A DNA stretch of 64,000 nucleotides from Octopus sinensis (Eukaryota). The DNA lies in contig NC_043012.1 of assembly GCF_006345805.1 (NCBI RefSeq), positions 31,434,001 through 31,498,000 on the forward strand, written 5' to 3'. The notes beneath the pieces were generated by a model that was given only the letters and a program-made list of their open reading frames with translations, did no database searches and was not told the origin of the DNA. Below are positions 12,788-24,829 of this stretch, in pieces. How positions within the stretch are numbered: the stretch's first letter is position 1; every line of letters starts with the position of its first letter. A program made the translations under genes and the position numbers.

Positions 12788-13231
12788 CGTGTGTGTGTGT
12801 GTGTGTGTGTAAATTTATACACATACTGATATATTGGCTTCCAGTAGTTTCTTTCCGTCTTGTTCTTTGTTGCATAGATATTCAAATAACTTTTCATAGA
12901 AATCTTCGTAATCGAAGAATGAACATTAATAAGAGTTCCCAACAATACGTACAATAAAACTTATTTCTCCAAACCACCGAATACACGCATGCGTATGGAC
13001 ATTTTCATATAATGTGTGTGTTCATGTACAAGACACTCTGGATAAATCGTTAGAATACAAGATAGACTGCCTTGCTGTATTCGGTTAGACCTTTGCCTGT
13101 TCATTTTTCTGGGTTCGATAAATAAAATACAATTTTAGTACTGGAGTCGATTCCCTTCTTTCTATTATCAATTTCTTTCTGTCTCGGAGAAGTTGGCTGT
13201 CTTCAAAACTGGAGATGGAGAAACACTGCCG

Positions 13232-13232
13232 G

Positions 13233-13276
<44 letters not shown>

Positions 13277-13475
13277 TACACACACGCACACACACATACA
13301 CACACACACATACACACATACACACACACAGGCACACGCACACACGCACATACACACACACATACAGACACACACACGCGCGCACACACACACGTACACA
13401 TACACATATACACATACGTACACACACATACGTACATGCAAAAATACATATACACATACATACGCACACACACAT
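13232..13475. repeat. (CT)n(CA)n compound microsatellite
   Basis: Direct reading. Confidence 0.95.
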
Positions 13476-13542
13476 ATTTAGGTAAAAGAAAAAGAAAGCA
13501 TCAGTAAATTACCAGTTTACTCAACATATTCTCCTCTAAGAT

Positions 13543-13559
<17 letters not shown>

Positions 13560-13573
<14 letters not shown>

Positions 13574-13781
13574 ATGTATTTGTGTGTCTGTGTTTGTCCT
13601 TCCTACATCACTTGACAACCGATGTTGGTGAATTTACGTCCCCGTAACTTAGCGGCTCGGCAAAAGTGACCAATAAAATAAGTACTAGACTCACAAAGAA
13701 TAAATCGTGGTTCGAATCGTTCGCCTAAAAAGGTGGTACTTCAGCATGGCCGCAGTCAAATGGCTGAAATAAGTAAAGGAG

Positions 13782-13825
<44 letters not shown>

Positions 13826-14070
13826 ATCCAAACATGAAAGCACAAAAAAACACAAAAACGCGAGGACGTGGAATAAATATAGTATTATTGGACGCTCAGG
13901 AAAGAAGGAACATGCTTCTTTCAGTTTCTGTCTACCAAATCTACTCTCAAGGCTTTGCTCAGTCCGAGGCTATAACAGAAGACACTTTGCCGAAGTTGCC
14001 ACGCAGTGGGACTGAAACGGGAACCATGTGGTTGGGAAACAAGCTTCTTATCATAAAGCTAGCCTCCGCC
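13560..14070. mobile_element. SINE A tail (+), pseudo-LTR 3' stub (-, 13825-13912) and SINE A head (-)
   Basis: 13825-13912 matches 21277-21355; flanking parts match family A. Confidence 0.75.
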
Positions 14071-14074
14071 TAAA

Positions 14075-14600
14075 TTTTCAAAAGTCTTTCATAGGGATTT
14101 TTGTCAGTCAAACGTGAACATTCATTGTGGATTTCTTTAGTTACATAAATCTCATAACTCCCTATACCCTTGGTAAATATAATCTTTTATGTCACATTTT
14201 GGCTAATATTCTTCTGAGTGAAGCCAATATTTTTTCTTGTTTTGCACTATGGTCATATGACTCCAGGTTTTGTCGATTTGGAAATACCATAACTCTGTCC
14301 CAATACTGGTGCCAAAATATTGATATTTGTTACCTTATATTTTTACTATTAATCTAATGCTTTGTTAATATTCCTTCGTAACCTTTTCTTCCATTTATGT
14401 AATCTATCAAGCTCATTGATTTCTAAGTATTTGTCAGCCTGTGTTGCAATTCTCTTTTTATTAATTTTGCGTTCTTACATGTCAGAAATAATCTTTTATT
14501 TATGTTTAGGGCATCAAGTTTGCGAAAATATGGGCACTGTGAAGAAATGCCAATATGGTTGTGACCACATTTGACCTACCAGTCATTAATATGCTCGATT
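14075..14600 (-). pseudogene. Degraded CR1-clade ORF2 C-terminus
   Basis: Minus-strand remnants resembling VRPHLEY...RRATK...LRN..Y...KRRLRG; many lesions. Confidence 0.5.
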
Positions 14601-14955
14601 TTTCTCTCTCCTGTTTTATATTCAGACTTTAGCTATCCGAAATCTTTACGAGTTGCTGCAGATATAATCAATTCACTTACTTTTTTGTCATAGTCAACGA
14701 CAGCATGTATCATTCCTTTTTTTTATGAATTGGAAAGGTAACGGGCAACATTGAAGACTTCCTTGTTATACCACACTCGCATGGTCAATAGTCCTCTGCT
14801 ACAAGTTTTTTTCTAGAATACAGTTGCTAAATATTAGACATATGCAATATGTAGTATAATGTTGATAGGGAGAGTTTACGAAAAAAATAAAAGACGAAGA
14901 CAGGTGGTGTACAAAACAAAGAGATGTATTAGTATAACGCTCTGGCATAGTAAAA

Positions 14956-14997
14956 GTCTTTTACGTTTCAAGCCTACGCTCTTCTACAGAAAGGGAC
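14956..14997 (-). ncRNA. Minimal HHR-like fold, CUGUAGA core variant
   Basis: Minus: CTTT CTGTAGA A GAGC-GTAG-GCTT GAA ACGT A AAAG; within element 14868-15070, homologous to 25578-25800. Confidence 0.6.
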
Positions 14998-15207
14998 ACA
15001 GAAAAAAACAAGGAGAGAAACAAGGAGAGACAAAAATGTGTGTAGTGGCAAACGATCTATCATGGCGACATAGATCTCTCGTATTACAGGCTACAAAATT
15101 TAGTTCCGTCCACAGTAGTATATTATGACTGACACTGCAAAGTTGTTGATGAAAGATAATCTCCTTACTACTGAACTGAGTTTGTAATATTCTTTTTACT
15201 CTCTAAG

Positions 15208-15570
15208 GCAGCGAGCTGGCAGAATCATTAGCATGCCGGGCAAAATACGTAACTGCATTTGGTACGTATTTTCGTTGTGAGTTCAAATACTGCCGGCGTC
15301 GAATTTGCTTTTCATCCTTTCGGGGTCGAGTTCAGTACACTGGAGTCGATGGAGATTTCTTGAAATTGTTGGCCGTGTACCAACATTTGAAACCAATATT
15401 CTTTGACTTTCTTCTGCCTTTGCTGATTTCAAATTCCGCGGAGATGGACTTTACCTTTCATCCTTTCGGGGTCGATAAAATAAGTAACAATTGAGCACTG
15501 GGGTCGATATAATCGAAATCTCCCCTTCCCCAAAATTGCTCTCCTTATGCCAAAATAAAAAATCAATATT
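15208..15570 (+). mobile_element. Two degraded SINE B fragments
   Basis: GGCAGCGAGCTGGCAGAAT head and repeated TTTCATCCTTTCGGGGTCGA core. Confidence 0.75.
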
Positions 15571-16399
15571 CTTTTATTTCTAAAACCATTCATTGCTTAA
15601 TCTCCTTCGTAGGCCTACCTTTTATGCAAACAGTTTTATTCTTATCTATGTCCAAACACTCGCAGACTATAGAATTGTCCAGGTATTTTATTGATTTTCC
15701 TCTCTGGAGTTCCAAGTCATTTGCGCTACTGATACTAAAATATGACGCTTCATTGTCAGTCATGCATTTTTCACTTCAAAAGTTCTCTTAGCGTTCTTGT
15801 TAAAGCATTTCTCAATACCCTGAAGCAGTGTATCATTCGGAGCATACTACATTAGTCCACTTGTGATGACGTGTTATTGGAATAGCTTAGGACACTCCCC
15901 ACTTCTTTCTCTTCCTCTACGCTGTATCCCAAATTTGTTATTTATTAAACAAATCAAAGCTAACAAAAATAAAACGAAATGAAAACTAGAAAGACTGTCT
16001 CCTTAGAATATTTAGGGAATATTCTAGGATGCTGGAATTTAAGGGTTACAGTGTTATTAGTGACCCTAAAATCAGTCAGCCACTTCTTTATTATTGTTTA
16101 AATGACGTTTTCCATGGAGTCATCAAATTAATTATCATTCTGGTATTTTGATAATGTTGTCATGGGAGATCAAATCAAAATACTTTCTCAGGTCAATTTA
16201 AGAATATCAGAAATTTCTTTTTCGTGTTTTGGTACCACCCTGTGCCATCTTATTAACAAATCATGGCTATGTACACCTTCCGCTTTACAGCAATTACAGA
16301 GTTAGTTTTACTTCACTATTTATTTTATATTATCTTCTTGATAAGACCTAGAAGAAGGCACTTCTTTTCTACTCATCAAAAGGAATGGCGCCCCTGGCC

Positions 16400-17200
16400 T
16401 GGTGGAATTTATGTCGTCAAATGGTATCGAACTATCATCAAGTGTTTCGTCCCCTGAACACTAACACCCTCTCGTTGGTAGGTCAGAAGAGGTGGCCAGC
16501 TCACTGCTCATCATCTCGCTTGCTCCATTACCAGCACGAGACTCTTGCAGCTATTCCCATCCTGTACGCGACCACTCTTCACTCATTCCAATGCCTGTCA
16601 GCATCCTCCAGCAGGGAATTCGTTACAGCCAACTTCGACATGGAAAAGCCACAACTGCCATTTCTCCTCCCTATAATCCTTTGAAAGCTTTCGTATTAGG
16701 CACGCTTCAATTTGTAGGCCTGATCACACCCCATCCTTCTTCCCACGAGACTTATCTTTTCAGACCGCAAAATTACATCTGGCCTCAGGGTTGTATAGAT
16801 GACACGGGGAAACTGCAGTTTTTCTCCTGGTCCGATTTCATATCCCATCATTGGGGCCCGCGTAGTAAACTAGTTGTCCTTTTTGATGTCCTCACTGGCT
16901 TTTCTCCTTTCACTAATTTGATGTTTGCTGTTACTTTCACCTGTTAATGGTGTTTGTTGATCCTTTCCTGTTCCAGGGCCTGAGAAAATGTTCCAAACAC
17001 CTTGTCATGGCGCCAGTTAAATCTCTTTCAGCAAATGCTATTCTGCACCCTGACATAATGTGCCCCCGTCTCCACAAAATCTACTCAGCTGGTACCCCAT
17101 CAAACCAATAGCCCCTGGATATTCAGCCTACTTCAAAAATGTTTCCCTTGCATGAGACATCGAATGATGCGCGCACCAAAATCCAAAGAGCTAGATTTGG
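16400..17200 (-). pseudogene. HERO-like (R2 group) RLE non-LTR retrotransposon 3' fragment
   Basis: HIMSGCRIAFAE, NWRHDKVF, TTLRPDVILRS, WEEG and VEVGC reconstructed across frameshifts (zinc-knuckle end, RHD, PD-type RLE). Confidence 0.8.
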
Positions 17201-17324
17201 TGATACATTACAAACCGATATTTTGGTAGAGCGACATAAGTAGTAAATAGGTTAGATTCTTCCGATACATGGGTTTGGGGAGTACATTTTCATTTCTCCC
17301 TTTCTTCGGGACTAGGCACCTACT

Positions 17325-17632
17325 TGTTGTTTGTTCCTTCTCGAGCCATGCCTGGCTCATAAGGGCCGGTTTCCTGGTTTCTTGGCGTATAGGTTCCCCA
17401 CCTGGACGGGACGCCGGTCCGTCGTAGGTGAGCTGCTAGATGCAGGAGGAAAGAGTGAGAGAAAGTTGTGGGGAAAGAGTCAACAGAAGTTTCGCCATTA
17501 CCTTCTGCCGGAGCCACGTGGAGCTTAGGTGTTTCACGCATAAACGCACACACATTCCCCGGTCTGAGATTCGAACCCACGATCCCTCAACCGCGAGTCC
17601 GCTGCTCTAACCACTAAACCATGTGCCTCCAC
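17325..17632 (-). mobile_element. tRNA SINE head C with V-domain-like tail; 11-bp TSD
   Basis: TSD AGGCACCTACT at 17314-17324 and 17633-17643; tail contains ACGGACCGGCGTCCCGTCCAGGTG and ends in (AAC)n. Confidence 0.88.
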
Positions 17633-18870
17633 AGGCACCTACTAACACGTTCTGTTACGAAATTTCACACTAAAACTCTTCAGTCATTTCCCTACGTCGC
17701 TTTACCTACATTGTAGGTAACTTGTGCCAGTCTGAGAATCTTTTAGCTCCCTCTGTGGAAACACTCTCAGCCCAGGACATGTTACATAAAGCTTCATTTT
17801 GTGTTGTATGCTCATTTTTGAACTGAAATGAGCGTTTCTCCAGGTTTTGGAGAATCTTGAAGTTGAGCTTAATTTCTTGCTGTTTCTTTCGTTATTTTTT
17901 TCTTCACGTTTCTTTATCCTTGTTATTTCTGTCGCTGTTATTGTGGCTTTGTCGTTTTTGTTGCTTCTTGATTTCTTGTTGTTGTAAATGATAATGATGA
18001 TGATGTTAGTGTTACTTGTTTCGTTCGACTTTTCGCTGACATTTTCATCTTTTTGTTGGTCTTGTTGATATTGACATTTTTATCTTTACCAATTCCTATT
18101 CTATCCTTTTCTTTTTCGTTTTTATTGCTGCTATAGGTGTTGGTGTTGTTTCTGCTGTTGTTAAAGATGGTGATTTTCTTGTCATCGTTATTCGTATTGA
18201 TATCGTTGATGTCCATATCCACTCCACAGCTAGGTTTTATTATATTATTACTGATGTAGTTAGAGTTAACACCAACACATTTCTTATGATATTTCTCAGA
18301 AAACATTTCGGAGAAAATAACTTATTTTCGCATTGCAGACGTCATTTTCAACGCAGACGATAGTTTTAGCGTTAATACTATCAAGCTGTCGCGGTTGTCT
18401 GTCACTTTCCCTCTTTAAACACATAATACGTTGATCTTTTGAATGAAAGTATTTATCAGCAGGCTGCAGACGATGGTGAAAATTAACTGCACTTCTTTTA
18501 ATTGTGGGAGACACTGAGAGTTTAAAACCCACTTCTTCCCAAGGATGTCTCTAAAATAAAACCAATAAAGATTCTAACTTTCGTCTGGGATATTTAGGAA
18601 AACTGCATGGAAAGATTAGTTTTACGTCAAAGCAGCTTCAGTATAATCACAGTTTCTGATTTAGACTCAAGGTCAGCGATTTTTAGGGGAGTATATTAGT
18701 CAATAACATCAATCCCAGTACTTGTACTGGCACTTTAATTTATCGACCTCGAAGAGAGGAAAAACATTGTTGAGTCCAATAGGATTTAAATTCAAAATAT
18801 AAAGAGTCGGAACATATACCGCTGGAACGATTTTGCCAGTTCAATGCCTTTAATGATAATAATAATAATA

Positions 18871-18918
<48 letters not shown>

Positions 18919-19149
18919 TCTATTAGTTTATTCTTTAATCACTATGAAGGCTGGAAAATATAGAAATATTAAACAGGTTGTTTACAAATGCGTGTCGGGT
19001 GGAATGGATGTATACCAAGACGAGTGGAAGAGGGAAAGTATATATCGTTGTTTTTTTGTTAAACTGTCGTATGTCCAAATTTGGCCAAATGCATTTTTTC
19101 AATATTTATTTTTGCTTCCAATAGACCCTCCTTTTTTTGTCAAACTATC

Positions 19150-20215
19150 GCATCTCTAGCTGCTTCACATGCCAAGATACAAAACATTGTCAAAGTGTAG
19201 TACAAAGGTTTTGCCATGGAATAACGAAACTATTTTTTCGTTTTCTGAAAAAGCAACCTTTTTGACTTACGCCACTTTTGAGGTTGTCGCTTACTGCTTT
19301 TGTAATAGCGACGGTGGAGTTAGATATGTTTAAATGTTCATTTTTGAGTTGGTGGTCACGAGTCGATGCTGCTATTGTTGCCTTTGTCGGTTGTCGTAAC
19401 TGAAACCTTGGTAGAAATGGTAGTGATGTCACTTGGTTGTGTAGTTGTTTCATGGTGTTTTTGCCTGGTGGTGAATTGACTCTCAATCCGGCTGGTGGTA
19501 GCGATCTTGCTATCATTTCTTTGCATGTTGCTGTTGGTGTTGAGCGAAGCGGTCTTCGTCCCAGAGCTCGCAAGATGGGAGAAGTCCGAAACGTGGTCCT
19601 TTGCTATTCGTCAGACCCGCAGAAGAGAAAGCAGGTCAACCCCCGACACCGAAAGCATCGACGGATGGATGAATGCGCATCCAGGCTCAGCGGTTGCGGT
19701 GAAGTCGGGGACAAGAAACAGGAAAAAAGAGTGAGAGAAAGTTGGGGCGAAAGAGTACAACAGGGGTCGCCACCCAACCCTCCTGCCGGAACCTCGTGGA
19801 GCTTTAGGTGTTTTCGCTCAATAAACACACACAACGCCCGGTCTGAGAATCGAAACCGCGATCCTCCGACCGCGAGTCCGATCCCCTAACCACTGGGCCA
19901 TTGCGCCTCGACTTGCTGTTGCTGCTACTGTTTAGCATGCTGGTATTGTTTTCGTTATTTCTTCCAGGTGATTTGTTGCTTTTGTTGTAGCTAACGTCAT
20001 TACTGAACGAGCCAACAATGCCGTTAGGCTTCGGAAATCGACTTCGGTGAAGATTAGCATTTTCAACACTCTCCCTGTTTTTAACGTCTGCCATTTCCTC
20101 ATCTTCATAGCCTGTTAACAAATACAACGCCATCTTTTTTTCTATTTATGTCTTTTCGAAAATTTTCTGTGAGAGATGTTTCGGGGATATAGCCCCTGTT
20201 AGGTTTGAAATAAAA
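19150..20215 (-). mobile_element. Unclassified repeat with N/S-rich ORF remnant (paralogue at 22560-23420)
   Basis: NDVSYNKSNKSPGRNNENNTSMLNS and PPPAxLRV shared with the 22560-23420 copy; degenerate HHR-like motif at 20171-20206 upstream of the ATG. Confidence 0.55.
19537..19912 (-). mobile_element. SINE head C with tail type 2
   Basis: Head GGCGCAATGGCCCAGTGGTTAG...GGTTTCGATTC; TSD TTGCTGTTG at 19528-19536 and 19913-19921. Confidence 0.88.
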
Positions 20216-20307
20216 AAAGCGACCAATCTTAAGAGGTCGTCGTCAACAACAAAAGAAGCAGCGAGCAACGATTGTTCTTACATAGTGGATACCCAGAAGG
20301 ACGACGA

Positions 20308-20310
<3 letters not shown>

Positions 20311-20340
<30 letters not shown>

Positions 20341-20366
20341 CTACTACTACTACTACCACCACCACC

Positions 20367-20410
<44 letters not shown>

Positions 20411-20428
20411 GACTACTACTACTACTAC
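20311..20428. repeat. (CAA)n(CTA)n(CCA)n(CTA)n compound microsatellite
   Basis: Direct reading. Confidence 0.97.
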
Positions 20429-21202
20429 ACTTGTTTCTCATATTTGCTACGAGAATTCTTTTATACTGACGATAAAATCATTAAACAGCGTGTTTCTAAA
20501 ACGCATGAGGAAGCACAAAAGTGAACTCTGTACAATCAAGGGAGACAGAGCCATAATCTACAAAGACGTACACACAAAATATGTAGATGAGTATATAATT
20601 CACATATGGTCTTTATACGTATATACTCTTACACACACACACACACGCACACATATATATGATAATAAGTATGTTTTAAAATGCATGGGCTATTTACGGA
20701 GTGCTCATAGAGAGCCTGTGCGAAAAAATACAGAGTAGAGAAAATTGAAAACGCAAATCATAGGCAGTGAAACAGATTCCCAAATGCATAAATGAAAATA
20801 TTTAATCAGAGCAGTTGAATCATATATATTTATACACATCAACATAAATCATGCATGCACAAGCGTAAAGATCTACCAAGGATATAAAGAATAAAATGAA
20901 ACATACATAAAAATATAGAAGAAATATAAATATATATAAAAATACATATAAAATTACATATAAATAGACTTTACATGTAAGGAGTTGTGTGTGATAGATA
21001 TAGGAGGTGCAAAACGAATGAGAGGTCGATAAATATAGGAATAAAAACGTCAACCTTTAAAATGGCAAACAGCCTAAACCGTCTAAAAATTACTTATACA
21101 GGTAGAATATAAGATAGAAATATCTCTAGATATCAAGGTTAAGAAAAAACATAAATAAATTAGGATCTAAAAATAGGAGGGTGTTATATATATATATATA
21201 TG

Positions 21203-21274
<72 letters not shown>

Positions 21275-21366
21275 TAGTTAATCCAAACATGAAAACACAA
21301 CAACGCGAGGACGTGGAACAAGTATAGTGTTATTGGACGCTCAGGAAAGGAAAGAAAGAGGGAGGA

Positions 21367-21399
21367 TTTAACGTTTCGAGCGTAGCTCTTCGTCAGAAA
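21367..21399 (-). ncRNA. Minimal type I hammerhead ribozyme in PLE pseudo-LTR fragment 21277-21472
   Basis: Minus: TTT CTGACGA A GAGC-TAC-GCTC GAA ACGT T AAA; intact core, palindromic stem III; element bounded by (TA)n on both sides. Confidence 0.8.
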
Positions 21400-21473
21400 C
21401 ACAGGAAAAGGAAAAATCCAAGGAAGGGAAGACGGAAGAAAAAAAATCGCCAACGGTACATACGCGGTCACAT

Positions 21474-21516
<43 letters not shown>

Positions 21517-21522
<6 letters not shown>

Positions 21523-22095
21523 TATGTTCAATAAGAAAGAATTATTTTCGAAATTTTTTCTTTTATGAGGTTTTCACGCTATCTACCCGATAATTTCTTG
21601 TTAAGTTTTCCTTATTAAGAAGTTGTCCTTAATTGCTAAATTTTTATTCCGAAAAAACTTTTTCCTTTCCCGAAATGCAATTCGTAAAAGTCTGCCATTT
21701 ACCGGATGTAATATATGTAAACCAACCCATGTGCTTCGTTGAAGTCGGTCAGTTAGCTGCTCGGCTTGGACGAGGTGGGTTCGTTTATTTATGATACATC
21801 CAGACTTGCTGATGAATACAGAGGTATGAAATCACAGGTGATACAAGTCCATATTTTTAAATGTCTTACTTTGAAAAATTGCATTCGGCGGGATTAGTAA
21901 AATTTTTGGTAGAAATGACTAATTTTGTCCCTCTTAGCGTGTGGCATGTATGTATAATAATGCCCTCTATATATAAATTAATATGTTCAATAAGAAAGAA
22001 TTATTTTCGAAATTTTTTCTTTTATGAGGTTTTCACGCTATCTACCCGATAATTTCTTGTTAAGTTTTCCTTATTAAGAAGTTGTCCTTAATTGC

Positions 22096-22097
<2 letters not shown>
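21517..22097 (+). mobile_element. 459-bp unit plus 122-bp terminal direct repeat containing a canonical HHR (retrozyme or pseudo-LTR-like)
   Basis: 21517-21638 appears identical to 21976-22097; both outer ends in (TA)n. Confidence 0.8.
21803..21849 (+). ncRNA. Canonical type I hammerhead ribozyme
   Basis: GACTTG CTGATGA ATAC-AGAG-GTAT GAA ATCAC-AG-GTGAT A CAAGTC: stems I, II and III of 6, 4 and 5 bp all Watson-Crick, core invariant nucleotides present; predicted cleavage after 21843 (AUA). Confidence 0.9.
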
Positions 22098-22155
<58 letters not shown>

Positions 22156-22269
22156 TATATATATAGTTAATTAAAAAAAGCGGAGAAAAATGCAAGAAAA
22201 AACAACAATACGCGGACGTTGTACGTGCAGAGTATTAATGAGATATTCAGAGAAGGAAAGAAAGAGTGG

Positions 22270-22308
22270 CTGTTTTACGTTTCGAGCACAGCTCTTCTTC
22301 GGAAACAG
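22270..22308 (-). ncRNA. Minimal HHR, CCGAAGA core, in fragment 22165-22400
   Basis: Minus: CTGTTT CCGAAGA A GAGC-TGT-GCTC GAA ACGT A AAACAG; 6-bp stem I. Confidence 0.7.
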
Positions 22309-22819
22309 GAGACATAAGAAAGTCCAAAAGAAAAGGAAGAAGGATGAAAAAAATCGCCAACAGTCCACATGTGGCTACATATGTATTACTTACTGTACAT
22401 GATAAACAAATAGGAGGGCACATGCACTCACATGTGCACCCATCAGTTTGGTTGGGCATAGAAAACTACACAGAATATCTCACCTGTTACTTGTGCTGGA
22501 AGCAACGGTAAACTAAATACATCTGAAATTTTATTGGTCGGATTACTCTTAAAGGGACGAAATTCCCTTAACTGAATGTGAACCACTTGTATGGTCTTCA
22601 TCAAAAGTCAGTCTAGTAGGTCTCCCTGGTATAGGCACCCTAACTCACGCGCCAATAAAATATTGGTTACAATTTTGGCACCAGGCCAGCAATTTCGGGG
22701 GAAGGGTAAGCCAATTACATCGACCCTAGTGCAAGGCTTACAAATATATAAATTCTGTGGTTGTCGCAATGGTATCTTTGATAGTAGTAGTGATAGCATC
22801 GCTTGATGTTGCTGTTGCT

Positions 22820-23190
22820 GCTGAGCGAACGGTCTTCGTCCCAGAGCTCGCAAGATGGGAGAAGTCCGAAACGTGGTCCTTTGCTATTCGTAAGACCCGC
22901 AGAAGAGAAAGCAGGTCTACCCCCGACACCGAGAGCATCGACGGATGGATGAATGCACATCCAGTTTCAGCGGTTGCGTAGGATGTCGGGGACAAGAAAC
23001 AGGAAGAAAGAGTGAGAGAAAGTTGGAGCGAAAGAGTACAACAGGGGTCTCCACCACCCCCTGCCGGAGCCTCGTGGCGCTTTTGGTGTTTTCGCTCAAT
23101 AAATACACACAACGCCCGGTCTGGTAATCGAAACCGCAATCTTCCGACCGCGAGTCCGCTCTCCTAACCACTGGGCCATTGCGCCTCCAC
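22820..23190 (-). mobile_element. SINE head C with tail type 2; 16-bp TSD
   Basis: TSD TGATGTTGCTGTTGCT at 22804-22819 and 23191-23206. Confidence 0.9.
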
Positions 23191-23899
23191 TGATGTTGCT
23201 GTTGCTTGGTGACGTGGTTGGCTGATGGTGGACTGACTCTTAATTCGGCTGGTGGTGGCGGTCTTGCTACCGTTTCTTTGCCGTTGCTTCTACTGTTTAG
23301 CATGCTGGTATTGTTTCTGTTATTTCTTCCTGGTGATTTGTTGCTATTGTTGTAGCTAACGTCATTACCCAACACACAACAATGCTGTTAGGCTCGGTGA
23401 AGATTAGCAATTCTGTTTTAACACCCTGTCTTCCACTAAACCCTTCAAAGCGGTGCCTTAGCACGATCGCAGTCTAATGATTGAAGCAATTACACGATAA
23501 AAATTATTATTATACGAAATACTTAAGACATGGTCACAATCCTACCAATTATCATTTGGGGCTTCGGTACAACTGGTAGAAATAAATTTAGTGGCACTTC
23601 TTTGAAAGCTTGATATGGGAGTGGTAAGTTGTTATTCAATTCAATCTGTAAGAATTACCCAGAAAATTCTTGATATGAAGTAAAAACAGATATAAACAGC
23701 AGGGGAGTGCATCAATAAAAGAAAATAGAAGGGTAGTTTTTTTTTTGTATCCAAGATCGAATGTTGTGGTTCGATAGTAAATATAATTAAGCCAGTTACA
23801 TCCTGGTAAGTAAATTATAATGGTTTCAAATTTAGCACGGGGCTAGCAGTTTTTTGTGAGGAGGAGAAAGTCGTTTACATCAATCACACTACTTGGCTA

Positions 23900-24170
23900 G
23901 TAATTATTTTACCTTGTGAAAGGTAGGAGAGTCCAGTTTGCTGGACATTGTTGTAGAGCTGGAAACGAGGCAATTTCTACTCTTCTCCTCTGGAAGCCAT
24001 CTACTCGTGATATCAGAGGTCGCACACTCTCCTACCCTGATGTAATCTCCAGGGATACAGGTATCCAGCAACAGGACCTCCGTAATGCTATGATAGACCG
24101 TGAAATCTGGCGTAGCATAGTAAATTCCATTGTCTCGACCACGGTCGAACAATGATGATGATGATGATTT
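23900..24170 (+). pseudogene. 5'-truncated RTE-clade LINE 3' end
   Basis: RRVQFAGHCCRA...LLLWKP...RGRTLSYPDVISRDTG...AMIDREIWR, stop, then (TGA)n tail. Confidence 0.85.
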
Positions 24171-24694
24171 TATCGACCTCGTAAGGATGAAAAGCAAAGT
24201 CGATCTCGGCAGAATTTGATCTCAGAACATAAAGGCGGACGAAATGCTGCCTACCATTTTGTCCGGCTTGCAAACGATTTTATATTAATAAATTTTTCTT
24301 ATATTATATCATTAACAAACGAAGACCATAACAAATTCTAAAAAATAGTTAATATAAACATTGTTTAGTCATGCCAATTGGTGTATAGCTTGTGCAATTA
24401 ACTGGAAAATAACATTTCTAAAAATTAGTTGCGCAGCATCTTAATTTGCAAATGCAATGAGTTAAATGAGAAAGGTATATAATTAAGTACAAAGATATTA
24501 CAAAATAATAATATTTAAAAGATTTCTTATGGTCTGAGAGCGTAGAAGGACTTTCTAAATACTACATTTTATATAAGGTGTATGTAGTCTGGCAGGAACA
24601 AATCTGTTTGCTGCAGATAATTTTTCATTAGATACAACCTAGTGACTGGCTATATTTAGAAATCAGCTGATAAACCACAGCTACAGAGTGACCA

Positions 24695-24792
<98 letters not shown>

Positions 24793-24829
24793 GCTAGCTA
24801 GCTAGCTATCTTTTATGTTTTATTGTTTC

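Noticed and set aside
16420-16470. GAAACAC TTGATGA at the HERO 3' end, resembling HHR pieces
   Set aside because: Order and spacing leave no room for stems III and I; no three-way junction forms.
19560-19625. SINE tail 2 has CTGACGA on one strand and TCCGAAACGTGGTC on the other
   Set aside because: The two halves of an HHR core lie on opposite strands, and the plus-strand core reads CGCAAGA; no valid ribozyme forms on either strand.
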